Below are positions 19,667-30,650 of a stretch of DNA of 64,000 bases, one piece after another. The stretch's first letter is position 1, and each line of letters begins with the position of its first letter. Both the position numbers and the translations under genes were made by a program. This DNA comes from Candidatus Latescibacterota bacterium (GTDB lineage Bacteria > Latescibacterota > UBA2968 > SICM01): NCBI GenBank assembly GCA_965217865.1, contig CBDCJO010000001.1, positions 576,001 to 640,000 of the forward strand, in the 5' to 3' direction. Below the pieces are notes generated by a model. The model was not told where the DNA came from. It searched no databases and saw only the letters and a program-made list of their open reading frames with translations.

Positions 19667-20092
19667 CTAGTCCTAAAATAAGCGAATAGGCTTGTTGAGC
19701 GGTGTGTTATACAAGATTTCGGAGCATTTCAGACTTGTGACTTGGTGGAGATGATGTCTGGGCTGTTTTTGTGATTGTTTCGGCATGCGATTGTCTAATT
19801 AACTGAGTTTGCGGACGTGTTTTAGCCGGGGTGGACGGACTTGTCCCTGTGATGTTACGACGACAGGTGCTGACATGGCAGTCAGGCCGGTTTGAGCCAT
19901 CTGATTCTGTTCCAGGCCGGGAAGAAGTCAGTCATCCACCGGTTGTAGCCCAAGACACGATAGATGATCTGTCTTCCCCGGGTCACGATCTGGCAAGGGA
20001 TCCAGATCAGATTCTGGAGGAAGGCGCGAAACTCCATTCTCAGAAGTTGATCGCGACGCTCACGCTTTCGGATCATCAACGCGAACCAGGCT
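19667..20092 (-). mobile_element. IS1380 right-end fragment
   Basis: Reverse complement of 29928-30353, including the terminal IR. Confidence 0.92.
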
Positions 20093-20117
20093 CTTGCCCG
20101 ATGGGCTTTCTTCAGAC

Positions 20118-20303
20118 TCATCTCCGCTGCTGTTTTGCACCCACCTCGTCCATTTCCGACAGCCTGAAGCGCAACAACCGTCCCACCCGGCGAGCTGGAA
20201 AGCCTTTCGCGTCGACCCAGCGGTAAATGGACTCCTTGGTCACCTGTAGATGCGCGGCGACCTCAGCGATACTGACCCAGCCTTCTTCAGTTGCCATCTT
20301 CAC
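20118..20303 (-). CDS. Excisionase-like HTH DNA-binding protein
   Basis: WVSIAEVAAHLQVTKESIYRWV...PARRVGRLLRFRLSE. Confidence 0.8.
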   Translation of the reverse strand: MKMATEEGWVSIAEVAAHLQVTKESIYRWVDAKGFPARRVGRLLRFRLSEMDEVGAKQQRR

Positions 20304-20431
20304 CGGACTCCTGCTTGAAGAAAGCCCATTAGAGATAATAAAAATATATGAAAATTAGCTTCCGTAGGTCAATCGAAAACCTTGCCATGACCAGGATGAG
20401 CCGCTGCGGTGATGGAGGGGGGTGTTGGCCG

Positions 20432-20700
20432 CTACTCCGGCCAGCAGCCGGACACGATCCGGCGCCGTTTGATGTGAATCACCTCGACCGTGTAGACCCA
20501 GGCGAGCTCGCGGGCGCCGTTCACCGTGGCGGGCACCAGCACCCGCCGGTAGAGGCTGGAACCGCCCGGGCGGAAGCCCTCCAGGCGGTCGATGGCGAGC
20601 ATGCGGGATTCGGGGGTCGTCGAAGGAGAGCAGCTCCCCGTACACGGCGCCCCAAGCGCCCACTGTGGGCGTTTCACGCGCGGGTCCGGAGGGCCCCCCC
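20432..20700 (-). pseudogene. Gamma-glutamylcyclotransferase-like fragment
   Basis: VYGELLSFDDP / LAIDRLEGFRPGGSSLYRRVLVP...AWVY across a frameshift. Confidence 0.65.
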
Positions 20701-20719
20701 CCCATGGGCGGACAGACGC

Positions 20720-21185
20720 GCCTGTGTGGCCACGTCGGCGAGCGGGTCGGTAGGCGTGTAGTAGAAGTGGACGTTTGGGTGTTTCGGCAACCAGCGGTCG
20801 ATCTTGGGCTTGTGGGTGTTCAGGTTGTCCAGGATGACGTGAATTTCCTGATCCGGGTAAGTCCGCGATGAGTTCGTTCATAAAGCTCAGAAACTGCCGT
20901 CGTCTGCGTCGCTTGAAGTGACCGGTTTTGACCAGATCGGTCGCCACGTTCAGGGCGGCGAACAAGGTGGTCGTACCGTTGCGTTTATACTCGTGGTTGA
21001 AGCCCGTCAGGGCTTTGCCATTAGGGCAGTTTGAGCCATCCCTAGGCGCGTTCCAGCGCCTGGATTGCGGGCTTCTCGTCTACGCAGACAACGACGGCGT
21101 TCTCGGGCGGATCCAGATACAGGCCCACGATTGGCGGCGGCCTTTGGGACGAACTCGGGGTCCGTGCTGATACAAAAGCTCCGGC
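20720..21185 (-). mobile_element. Degenerate IS630-family transposase fragment (different element from 5395-6616)
   Basis: SFCISTDPEF...GLYLDPPENAVVVCVDEKP...HEYKRNGTTTLFAALNVAT...LDNLNTHK, with stops and frameshifts. Confidence 0.8.
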
Positions 21186-21606
21186 GTCTGGCCAGAGAGT
21201 CCAGAGCGCTGCACACTGCGGTCATGGCTCCTGGATAGTCGTTTTGGCCGTGCCGTTCGTAGGCAGTACGCAGCGACTGCCTGACTTCCTCGCCGAAATC
21301 ATCGGATGCCTCCTCGACCTGAAACTCAGATGGTCGCAGTTGTCCATCCAGGACGGTCCAGCCAAACCGTTGTGCGCATTCCAATACCTTGTCGCCGAGG
21401 TCTGGATTCATTTCCAAAAGGGCAGCGATGAGTTTCCGAATCGCCTCAGTGGGTTCGTTCGCCTTCTCGATCAGGTCGCCAACGGCATCGAGTAGTTCGC
21501 CCTTGGAAGCTCCCCCCCTCTCATGGATAGACCGCTGCTGCAGATGGGAAAGCTTCTCTACTGGGAGCCCGGACGTTGCGACAAGACCCTTGACAGCTCT
21601 TGGATG

Positions 21607-22445
21607 TCAACTCATTTTCAAGGCTTTCAACTGACGTGCAAGAAGACCTTTGCCACCAGGTTTCTGGAGAACGAGTAAATACAGATGAAAACCACCGTCG
21701 ATGGTCTCTCCTTCTTCGCAGACCCTTCGGTGCAACCCCAGCAGCTTGTCCGAGAAACGCTCAACAGAGAAATCGGGGATCTCCCATGGGATACACTTCA
21801 GATAGTATACAAGTGCGCCGACATCGGTGTACTGTGTGACCGGATAGACTTCGGCTGCATGTACTACTCCGAACCCCGCTTTCTCAGAGGCTGACCGCGC
21901 ACCACTTAGATTGCCAAGCTCATTTGGCTGCGGCAGCGGTACTCCAAGCAATTGATGGATCTCCAAGTTTGTCTTATTTCCCACCTGCTCCGTGATGAGC
22001 GCTCCACCAGGCTTCAGAACTCTATATTCCTCTACGAACGTGCACATCCCGTGACGGTTCAAGAGAAGATCGAACCTCTCATTTTCGAAAGGCAATTCAC
22101 CTGGATCTGACACCTCGTAGACTTCAACTCCGAGTGGTTCCAGGCGCTTCCGAGCCACAGGGATATTAGGTGGATAGCCCTCCGTCGCACATGCGTGTCC
22201 TTCGAACGCGCAGTTCTCCAGAATCTTTCCAAAACGCTCCCCGCCTCCTGTTTCCTGATCCAAAACGACACGACTTGCTCGCAGCGCGTCTGCTGCAATT
22301 GAGGCATAGTTCCAGAAGTCAAAACCAATGTTTAACCTTCGTCCTTTTATATAAGAAAAATCCCATCCCTCAAACGGCTGCTCGTATTCACTACGAAGCC
22401 AAGCCAGGATCTCCTCGTCCCTTCTTTCTTCGGCTTTATTCACTT
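21607..22445 (-). CDS. Class I SAM-dependent methyltransferase
   Basis: FEGWDFSY, VLDQETGGGE, ATEGYPPN, LPFENERFDLLLNRH, RVLKPGG; IS3 copy 2 sits in its 5' region. Start approximate. Confidence 0.85.
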
Positions 22446-22545
22446 TCACCTTTCCAATCGGTGCCAACGGCTCGAAATGTGGCTCTTGCTGATTGTATCT
22501 ATTCTGAGATAACAAGAGAAAAGTAGATAAAGGTCCAAGCAAGAT

Positions 22546-23577
22546 TCAGGCAGCCTTGTGGATGGTCTGGGATGTTCTTTGCCGATTGATTTCTATGCGG
22601 CGCTGCCGAGCCTCCTCCTTTCGACCTTGTCGGTGGTGAAGAATCTTTTGATGCTGGCCTTTATGCCTCTGAAGAGGCGTGACATACTGTATTGCCCCGT
22701 GATAGCGTTCGGCGTTGTAGCTGTGAATGAAGGAATCAATCAGGCCTTCCAGTTGATGGAATGTGAAGATGTCCTGGAAGCGCAGCCAGTCGTATTTGAA
22801 TGTCCGGAAAAAGGCTTCGATCCAGGCGTTGTCCGTGGGTGTTTGATATCGGGCAAACAGCTGCGAGATGCCCAGGTCCTTGAAGAATTGGGCCATCGAT
22901 TTGGCCTTCATCTGAGATCCGTGATCTGAGAGGGCTGTCAAGCTTATGGGCCCAGTGTCCAGGTCCAGCAGTCCTTCGTTGGCAAGGGCTTGATCCCAGG
23001 CCTGTTTGACCTGCTCCACGGTCGCGTTGAAGGAGAGCTTCCATCCTACGATCTTCCTGGAATACACGTCGAGAATGGCGGTAAAATACAGGAACAAACC
23101 GAAAAATGGGATGTAGGTCAGGTCCCAGCTCCAGACCTGATTAGGACCTTCAGGTTTGACCTGGGGCTTGCTCTGCTTGACCGGCGTCCTCACCTGTTTC
23201 CTGCGTGCCAGACGTTCTTTCCTGGCCTGTCGGTAGAAGCTGGAGGCCGAGGCCTGCACTACCCCCTTCTCTGAGGCTACCACCGCCAGCTGATGGGGAG
23301 GCAGATCGGCATAGGTCTCATCCCTTAAGAGGGCCGGGATTTGCTCTTTCTCCTCCCTCAGCAATCCGTGTGGGGCCTCATCAGGAGCGGGCCCGGGCTT
23401 CCCATCCAAAAGCGGGTCCGACACCCCATCCAGCTTCTCTTCTCGATCTCGCCGGCTCCAGGCACAATACCGCTGGAGGGGAAGCTGTAGGATCTCGCAA
23501 GAACGGGTGAGTTTCACCCCTTTCTCCTTGGCCCGATGGACCATTAAGAGGATCTCGCGTTTGACCTCAGCTTGCAC
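22546..23577 (-). CDS. IS3-family transposase OrfB
   Basis: Protein identical to 11546-12577. Confidence 0.92.
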   Translation of the reverse strand: MQAEVKREILLMVHRAKEKGVKLTRSCEILQLPLQRYCAWSRRDREEKLDGVSDPLLDGKPGPAPDEAPHGLLREEKEQIPALLRDETYADLPPHQLAVVASEKGVVQASASSFYRQARKERLARRKQVRTPVKQSKPQVKPEGPNQVWSWDLTYIPFFGLFLYFTAILDVYSRKIVGWKLSFNATVEQVKQAWDQALANEGLLDLDTGPISLTALSDHGSQMKAKSMAQFFKDLGISQLFARYQTPTDNAWIEAFFRTFKYDWLRFQDIFTFHQLEGLIDSFIHSYNAERYHGAIQYVTPLQRHKGQHQKILHHRQGRKEEARQRRIEINRQRTSQTIHKAA

Positions 23578-23600
23578 CCGGTGGCCCTTGATCGGGCCTG

Positions 23601-23936
23601 TCAGATCCCATTCACACTTTTTTTTAGCAGGGAAAGTTCCACAGATTGCTCAATGATCGTTTGCTCCAGGCGTGCCCGCTCTTTGCGCAGCTGCTCCACC
23701 TCCTCAGCCGATACCATCGGCTTGCGGCTCCGGCGACCCTTGAACTCCTTGAGGGCCCCGGACTTGACCGACTCACGAATACGCTTTAGATCCGAGGAAT
23801 GAATGCCCCATTTCCGCAGCACCTGTGCAATGGGAACATCTCCCCGGCTGGCTTCAAGGAAAATCTCATACTTCTGTTCCGGGGACAAGCTCCTGCGCTT
23901 CTTGACCGGGTCACTGTTTGAGGACAGTTGCTCCAT
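23601..23936 (-). CDS. IS3-family transposase OrfA
   Basis: Protein identical to 11187-11522. Confidence 0.88.
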   Translation of the reverse strand: MEQLSSNSDPVKKRRSLSPEQKYEIFLEASRGDVPIAQVLRKWGIHSSDLKRIRESVKSGALKEFKGRRSRKPMVSAEEVEQLRKERARLEQTIIEQSVELSLLKKSVNGI

Positions 23937-24299
23937 CTTTACTCCTCCTGTGAGGTCAGGGATATCCCAAAATATGTATCCCTTCTCAACCCTACAGGCA
24001 ACCAGGATCTTGCTTCGACCTTGCCCCCGTTTTTTCGGGCGATCTCAGACAAAAGATACTGATCACAAACCATGAGGCGAAGGTTATAACGGCCTCAATT
24101 CATTCAAGTGCTTGTTGCACAGCCCTCCGTACGACTCTCCTCTTGTCGTTAGCAACAGTCTATACTGCCGCCAGGGCGTCGGGGGTGCCGATTTTACCCA
24201 AGGCATACACCGCCTGAGCGCGCGGGCCCTTTCGGTCATCCTTCAGACTGGACGCAAGGAAAGGCACTGCTCTTTCCTCACGAAAAGCTGCAAAGGCGT

Positions 24300-24520
24300 G
24301 AGTGGCGATGGCGGAGAGAGACCGGTAGCGGCGTCCCTCGAACGCGAAGCCGTCATCGAGCACCTGGACCACGAGGTCGCGGCCCTGGAAGGCGCGCACC
24401 AGAAGCGTCCCCGGCAGGGGCAGCCACCGGTCCCGCGAGGGCGACAGGCGATCCGCTTGCGCAGGAACGCCTTGTGGTACGAGCGGGTCTCCTCCCCGAA
24501 GACCTTGATGTACTTCTCTC
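24300..24520 (-). pseudogene. DUF2924-domain fragment (partner of serine-recombinase elements), fused to a HEAT-repeat fragment at 24160-24300
   Basis: YIKVFGEETRSYHKAFLRKRIA / LPLPGTLLVRAFQGRDLVVQVLDDGFAFEGRRYRSLSAIA; then RAQAVYALGKIGTPDALAA. Confidence 0.75.
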
Positions 24521-24840
24521 CAAGGGGATGCTTGCCGGAGGAATTTCCGAAACGTCGAAACCGGCCGTCCGGATGCAACCAAGCTGTTAAATAAGGCCGA
24601 CTGAAAAAACAGAGAATCAGAGAATCCGGAGGAGGTATCTCTGCTCAGCGGGCGCACCCCCCACGGTTGCGCTCGAACATCTGAGGGAGCGCTTCGAAAC
24701 AGAGAACCGGCAGCGAGGGGAGGAGGTGGCCCAAGTGTTTGTGAATACGGCAGAAACGACAAGACCCCGAAGGGTTGCCCCACGGGGTCTTGCGTTAACG
24801 GACGACCGCCGAAGTTGGCGGATGGGAATATGGCTCCCCA
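24521..24840 (-). repeat. Conserved non-coding element-end sequence, homologous to 44047-44345
   Basis: Inverted diverged copy of the sequence following tRNA-Asn; begins with tRNA-like 3' end GGAGCCA. Confidence 0.85.
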
Positions 24841-25097
24841 TATGATCCTCTCCCCGGAACCATTCTCTGTTCATCAGTCGTAACTTGCTGTATTGAAAGG
24901 AGCTATCGCAATTACGCCCGCGCCGCAGACGCGGAAGACAGCGTCAAGACGACTTCCGCCCTTCAGGTCAAAACAGCCACTTCTCCGACATGGGATCAGG
25001 ATATCCGGGTCGTCGTTACCCACGCTGTTCAGAGGGAGAGGGGATTCGATCGAAAACAGGGTTAAAGTTCGGGAATGACTTGCTCAGGCGTTCGGGG

Positions 25098-25920
25098 GAA
25101 TGCCGGGTCAGCAAATTCTTATAGGCCGGCTCGACTTTCTCGCTGTTCTGAAATTCATGCCACTCCGCTAGGATCTTGCCTTCTGGAAAGTCCTTGAATC
25201 CAGGGGCTACACCCATCAGTATCTCCCTGGGCTACTTCTTCGGGTGTCGATTGAAGAACGGCAGGCACTTCGCTCGGGGGGACATAGGGACGTCGGGCGT
25301 TGTCAGAGGCAGCGATGTCCGAACACCATGCCAGCATGGAATAAAGCACGGCAAAGCATAATAGAAACCGGAAGACAACTGGGAGATTCCCGGCATTCAT
25401 CATCGGACTACGGCCTCCTTTCTCAGAACAGAACCGTCTGGCTGAGACACTAAAAAGATCCACGTACCAACCCTCAGAGGTGGATAAAACTCTAAGATGT
25501 GGTCCCGATTCCATTCAGGATTCAGGTATCTCACTATTCCGGGACATGGTCCTGCATGGAGATTGTGTTTTCCCCATAGGCTCACTTTGTACCCGACCAG
25601 ATCAATTCTCGTCGTGTCAATATGAGAAAACATCCCACATCCAGAGCCCTCCCCGCCATAAAATCGTACGTGCATGGTATCAGAGACCGCCAACGGGGAT
25701 GTAGTTTTCACCAGTAAGGTTCGGAATGTACCTCGTAGGGGATCAAAGACCCTCAAGGGGGATCCAACCGACACGCTGTCAACATGGATTTGATAAATCC
25801 GATAAGCAGGGTCCGGTTTATCCGAGTTAAAAGGGTTAAGGCCGCAGGACACCATCAGAAAGGTCAATGAGACAAGGACCGGGATTTTTCGTCGCATGAC
25901 CGATGCTCCTTTCCCCTCCC
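25098..25920 (-). repeat. Duplicated cassette, copy 2
   Basis: Homologous to 8907-9650. Confidence 0.9.
25400..25897 (-). CDS. Lipoprotein, paralog 2 (165 aa)
   Basis: Same signal peptide/lipobox and framework as 9208-9627, different loops. Confidence 0.75.
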   Translation of the reverse strand: MRRKIPVLVSLTFLMVSCGLNPFNSDKPDPAYRIYQIHVDSVSVGSPLRVFDPLRGTFRTLLVKTTSPLAVSDTMHVRFYGGEGSGCGMFSHIDTTRIDLVGYKVSLWGKHNLHAGPCPGIVRYLNPEWNRDHILEFYPPLRVGTWIFLVSQPDGSVLRKEAVVR

Positions 25921-25939
25921 TTTCATGGATATCTGAACC

Positions 25940-26985
25940 ATCCAAAACGCCGCCACGCCGGAAACACCCCTCTGCTGATTTTCTTAACGGCGGGCCGATT
26001 CAAGGCTAACTCTAACATCTGCCGCTTGAACTCTGGCGGATACGGCGGATGTGTCCTCGGCATCGTGGCATCCTCCTTTCTGCCAAGTAATAAGGTATCC
26101 ACGAAACCGGGTCAAGTCCAATCCAAAAAAAAGCCTCCGAGCTCCTGGGGATCCCCCTGAGCCAGCTCGACGAAGACGACAGCGGTTGATACAGGCCGCA
26201 GAGGAGCTCTCCCGCAAAGTTGGGGTGGCGCCTGCCTGTGATACGCTGTCGGTGTCTCGGGCAAGTCTGTATCGTTGGCGGCAGGCCCCCACCACACGGG
26301 TAAAGCGCAGGTCGCATCGGGCCCTGGCCCCTCCCGAACAGCAGGCTGTCTTGGATCTGTTGCACTGCGAACGGTTTATGGATAAAGCCCCTCCTCAGGT
26401 CTGGGCCGAGTTGCTGGATGAAGGCCTGTATTTCTGCTCACTCAGCACGATGTATCGCATCCTGAAGGCACACGAGGAAGTCCGGGAACGCCGAAACCAG
26501 CTCGGACATCCGAACCATCCAGCGCCTCGCCTGGTGGCAACGGCGCCTAACCAGGTGTGGTCTTGGGATATCACGAAGCTGCTGGGGCCTGTCAAGTGGA
26601 CGTTCTACTATCTCTACGTGCTCCTGGACATCTACAGCCGCTATGTCGTCGGCTGGATGGTCGCGCGCCTGGAAAAAGAGGCGCTGGCCAGGCGCCTCAT
26701 CGAGGAGAGTTGTAAAAAACAAGACGTTGTGCCGGGCCAATTGACCCTACACGCTGACCGGGGCGCTTCGATGACCAGCAAACCCGTGGCACTCCTGCTG
26801 GCCGATCTGGGGCTGACCAAATCGCACTCACGACCGCACGTGTCGAACGACAACCCCTACTCCGAGGCGCAGTTCAAGACCTTGAAGTATCGCCCGGACT
26901 TCCCGGAACGCTTCGGGGGGCTTGCACACGCCCGTTCATTTTGCCATGAGTTCTTCACCTGTTACAACACAGGGCATCGCCACTT
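25940..26985 (+). mobile_element. Degenerate IS3-family transposase (second IS3 type), truncated
   Basis: APNQVWSWDITKL...LHADRGASM...SNDNPYSEAQFKTLKY; similarity lost after YNTGHRH. Confidence 0.85.
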
Positions 26986-27049
26986 TCTGGTCTCTTTGAT
27001 GATGGGATCCGGCGTCACCATGCTCGAAGCTTCGGTGTAGTCCCGCAGG

Positions 27050-27745
27050 TTGCGTGGTACCGCGGTCCGTTCATGCCGCTGTTTCAGACCGACTTCCGCA
27101 ACGGCGTCGCAGCGCTCAACCGCTTGCTCAACCATGCCGCGCGCATCCGTGTGCGCACCCTGGCACGTCTCGGTCCGATGCACTTACCTCTCGAAGACGA
27201 CGCTGTTGGTTCATACCAGGCCGAACTTGAGATTTCTGGCGCGCGCCAAATCTACGTCGGCGATGACCACGTGTGGCTTTGGTACCGCGGAACAGGAGTC
27301 GGGCCATACCCATGCTTCAGTGCACTACAGGCGCTGGAGCGAGTGTGCGACCAACTGATCAAGAGCGACCTACCGTGGTTTCGATACTACTCAATGGCTG
27401 CGAGAGCCTCGCGATGGTCGGCCTCGTCGTCGGACTCCTCGTCCGGCATCTTGAGAGCGCAGGCCATCTACTGGACCCCTACCTAACTGAACCGGTGATC
27501 TGGCACCAAGAGTTCGGGCGAGTCGTAAAAGAAAGCGGCGGATTCGCGGCGGGCTCCGAAGAACTCGTGGCGCCAGAGCGCCGAAACTGGTCTCTACGCG
27601 AGGCAGCTAGGTTCATGGCCGTACGAGCCAATGCCGAACGCGCCGTGGAGCTACGCGCGCTCGGTGAGAACCTCGTTGCAAACGCGCGTCGCCACATCGA
27701 GTCGACACGCGACGACGAACCACAGGAAGCGGAGGCGACACTGCG
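27050..27745 (+). pseudogene. Internal fragment of a large STAND/Avs-like ATPase
   Basis: GDDHVWLWYRGTGVGPYPCFSALQALE, frameshift, GCESLAMVGLVVGLLVRH. Confidence 0.55.
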
Positions 27746-28351
27746 GTCGAGCATGCGTGCGATCAAAGTCCGGGTTTTCCCGGTGCCGGGGCCCGCCTCT
27801 ATCAGATGCGGACCAGACTCCGCTTCGGCTGCGACCCTTTGCGACGCATCCGGCGCAGGCACCTCGAGAGACGGCGTGGTGTAGACTTGCAATTCGGGTA
27901 CGAGAAGCGCCCGCGCAAGTTGCTGGTGCACCAATCCGATCTGAACACCAAGACGCTTCGCGATATCCGCCGCAGAGATTCCTTCTTCGGAAAACAATCG
28001 CCGTGCTTCACTGCTTGGCAGAAGGAACTCTCGCGCAAAGACATTGGCCTGGCATTCCCTGCGTTCGCGCGGCCCATAACCCTCTACTCGTTGAATGCCC
28101 AGCGGGATCCGTTCCTCGGGCATCGTAACGTCGATGTCGGATACGCTACAGGCGCCCGTTGTGCTGTCCAGAAAGTGATGACCGAACTCGTGCGCCTGGT
28201 AGAAGGCCGCTTCTTCCGCGCTGACGCCTTTCTTGTAGAAAATCCCAGACACCAATGAGTCGAGGACAGCTTCGGCTTCGCTCAAGACCGGATCGTCATC
28301 TGGAACGGGTTGACGCACGATGCCTGTTATTGCGGTCGCCCCGTCAAGCAA
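27745..28351 (-). pseudogene. ImmA/IrrE peptidase-UvrD helicase fusion fragment
   Basis: AHEFGH, ECQANVFAREFLLP, then DASQRVAA...AGPGTGKTRTL (Walker A); truncated. Confidence 0.8.
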
Positions 28352-28415
28352 CTCACGTGATCGGATTTGGAGATACTGTCAAGTTAAGTGTAATTGGGTG
28401 ATAATCCCCGGATGA

Positions 28416-28515
28416 CTAGTACTTAGCTGCGCAAGTTTATGCGTGCAAATCCGCCCTTAACATCCTGTTTTTGCAAGGAAATCAGATTACGAGAATTTCC
28501 GCAGGTTGGTACTAG
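28416..28515. mobile_element. 100-bp MITE-like element bounded by CTAG
   Basis: ctagtacttagctgcgcaagtt ... aatttccgcaggttggtactag imperfect terminal inverted repeats; shares its right CTAG with IS1380. Confidence 0.6.
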
Positions 28516-30353
28516 TCCCTATACAAGCGTGAATTTTTCTTGGTTTTAGTAGAAAAAAGTTGAAAATGCCCCAGTTTTCAGGCCTATAGTTGTAGTGTGA
28601 AAGACAAAAAGAGGCCATCAAAAGGGGCATTTCAGATGAGAGAATATAGGAAGATTCTTCGGAACAGGGAAGCACGAATTGTCCGTCGTTTGCGTCGGAA
28701 GCAGTGGTGCAGTCAGGTCAAGCCTATGATGTCTGGGGGAAACATCCACTACGAGATAAGTGGGAAGGCCGAGGCGATCACGTGTGGGGGGATCGGCGCG
28801 TTTCACCACATGGTCCGCAGGGTTGGGCTGGTGAAAGAGATTGACCGTCATCTTCATCTTTTGAAAGTGCATTTGCCCTGTCACGAATCAGACCACGTTC
28901 TGAACATCGCCTACAATGCGCTGGTTGGTGGTCAACGCCTTGAAGACATTGAGCTGCGCCGGCAGGATGCCACGTTCCTGAACGCTTTGGGCGCTCAGCG
29001 TCTCCCGGATCCGGCCACAGCAGGCGACTTTACACGTCGTTTCCGGCCATCGGATATCGAGACGTTGATGGATTGCATCAACCGGGTGCGCACCCGGATC
29101 TGGAAAAAGCGCGCCAGGGGCGAACTCAAAGAAGCCCTCATCGACATCGACGGCACCCTGGCCACCACCCTCGGAGAACGCAAGCAGGGCATGGCCCTGT
29201 CATACAACGGTATCTGGGGATACCATCCTCTCGTGGTCTCTCTGGCGAACACCAGGGAGGTGTTGTTTCTTGTGAATCGACCCGGCAATGTGCCCAGCCA
29301 CGACGGTGCCGTAAAGTGGATCGATCGCGCCATCGCGCTGGTCGCCCCTTTCGCCAAACGCATCTGCCTGCGCGGAGACACCGGCTTCTCACTCACCCGG
29401 CACTTCGATCGTTGGTCGGAAAAGGTCGACTTCGTCTTCGGCATGGATGCTTACCGGGGATTGGTCAAGATCGCCAAATCCCTGTCACAGAGCGATTGGG
29501 AGCCCTTTGAACGACAACCCAAATACCAGGTCAAAACCTCCCAGAGACAGAAACGCGAGAACGTGAAAGCCCGGATCATCCGGGAGCGCGGCTTCAAAAA
29601 CATCCGACTTGCCAGTGAACGTGTTGCCGGGGTTTCGTATCGTCCTGCTCGATGCAGGAAGACCTGTCGACTCGTGATCCTCGAAAAGAACCTGAGCGTC
29701 GAACGCGGCGAAAACGCCCTGTTCGATGACAAGCGCTGTTTCTTCTACATTACCACCCGAAAAGATCTTACGGCCGCGGAAATCGTGAGGCTGGCCAATC
29801 GACGGTGCGATCAGGAAAACGTGATTGAACAACTCAAGAACGGGGTCAACGCCATGCGGATGCCCGTCGACAACCTGATGAGCAACTGGGCTTACATGGT
29901 CATGACCGCCCTGGCGTGGAACCTCAAAGCCTGGTTCGCGTTGATGATCCGAAAGCGTGAGCGTCGCGATCAACTTCTGAGAATGGAGTTTCGCGCCTTC
30001 CTCCAGAATCTGATCTGGATCCCTTGCCAGATCGTGACCCGGGGAAGACAGATCATCTATCGTGTCTTGGGCTACAACCGGTGGATGACTGACTTCTTCC
30101 CGGCCTGGAACAGAATCAGATGGCTCAAACCGGCCTGACTGCCATGTCAGCACCTGTCGTCGTAACATCACAGGGACAAGTCCGTCCACCCCGGCTAAAA
30201 CACGTCCGCAAACTCAGTTAATTAGACAATCGCATGCCGAAACAATCACAAAAACAGCCCAGACATCATCTCCACCAAGTCACAAGTCTGAAATGCTCCG
30301 AAATCTTGTATAACACACCGCTCAACAAGCCTATTCGCTTATTTTAGGACTAG
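28512..30353 (+). mobile_element. IS1380-family insertion sequence, full length
   Basis: IRs ctagtccctatacaagcg / cgcttattttaggactag; single long transposase. Confidence 0.9.
28597..30138 (+). CDS. IS1380-family DDE transposase
   Basis: IDIDGT, GYHPL, LRGDTGF, RRCDQENVIEQLKNG. Confidence 0.9.
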   Translation: MKDKKRPSKGAFQMREYRKILRNREARIVRRLRRKQWCSQVKPMMSGGNIHYEISGKAEAITCGGIGAFHHMVRRVGLVKEIDRHLHLLKVHLPCHESDHVLNIAYNALVGGQRLEDIELRRQDATFLNALGAQRLPDPATAGDFTRRFRPSDIETLMDCINRVRTRIWKKRARGELKEALIDIDGTLATTLGERKQGMALSYNGIWGYHPLVVSLANTREVLFLVNRPGNVPSHDGAVKWIDRAIALVAPFAKRICLRGDTGFSLTRHFDRWSEKVDFVFGMDAYRGLVKIAKSLSQSDWEPFERQPKYQVKTSQRQKRENVKARIIRERGFKNIRLASERVAGVSYRPARCRKTCRLVILEKNLSVERGENALFDDKRCFFYITTRKDLTAAEIVRLANRRCDQENVIEQLKNGVNAMRMPVDNLMSNWAYMVMTALAWNLKAWFALMIRKRERRDQLLRMEFRAFLQNLIWIPCQIVTRGRQIIYRVLGYNRWMTDFFPAWNRIRWLKPA

Positions 30354-30650
30354 TGCAATTTTTCCCCTTGTATGAAAAAGGTTGTCCCGGTCGCCTTTTC
30401 GATTCCCGAGTCACGATCCACGGATTTTTGAGGCCGCGGGCCCTCCCAAAACGGGTCGATTCCGGACTGAGTCGAAGGTCATCGTTTCGCCCAAAAGCAA
30501 TGGTTCAGAACCTGATAATGACCTTTGACAATCCAATGTGTCAAGAATACACGCCTTCAAAAATTAAACATTGCATAAGTTGAGTATTAATATTACATTG
30601 AAATCTCCACAAGATTCGACCTTAAACTTAAATACCTATTATTAAAGGAG

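Larger units (their letters stand above)
22494..24058 (-). mobile_element. IS3-family element, copy 2 (inverted)
   Basis: Identical ORFs to copy 1; flanked by CTGAT direct repeat (22489-22493 / 24059-24063). Confidence 0.92.

Noticed and set aside
11065-24058. Composite transposon or inversion bounded by the two inverted IS3 copies
   Set aside because: Each copy has its own target duplication (CCAG; CTGAT) and interrupts a sequence that rejoins across it, so they are independent insertions.
24831-24840. Second tRNA gene or exact att duplicate of tRNA-Asn
   Set aside because: Only GGAGCCA matches, there is no cloverleaf, and the orientation is inverted; kept only as a weak att-like remnant.
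9208-25897. DGR TR/VR pair in the duplicated lipoprotein genes
   Set aside because: Differences include indels and non-adenine changes in both directions; no reverse transcriptase nearby.
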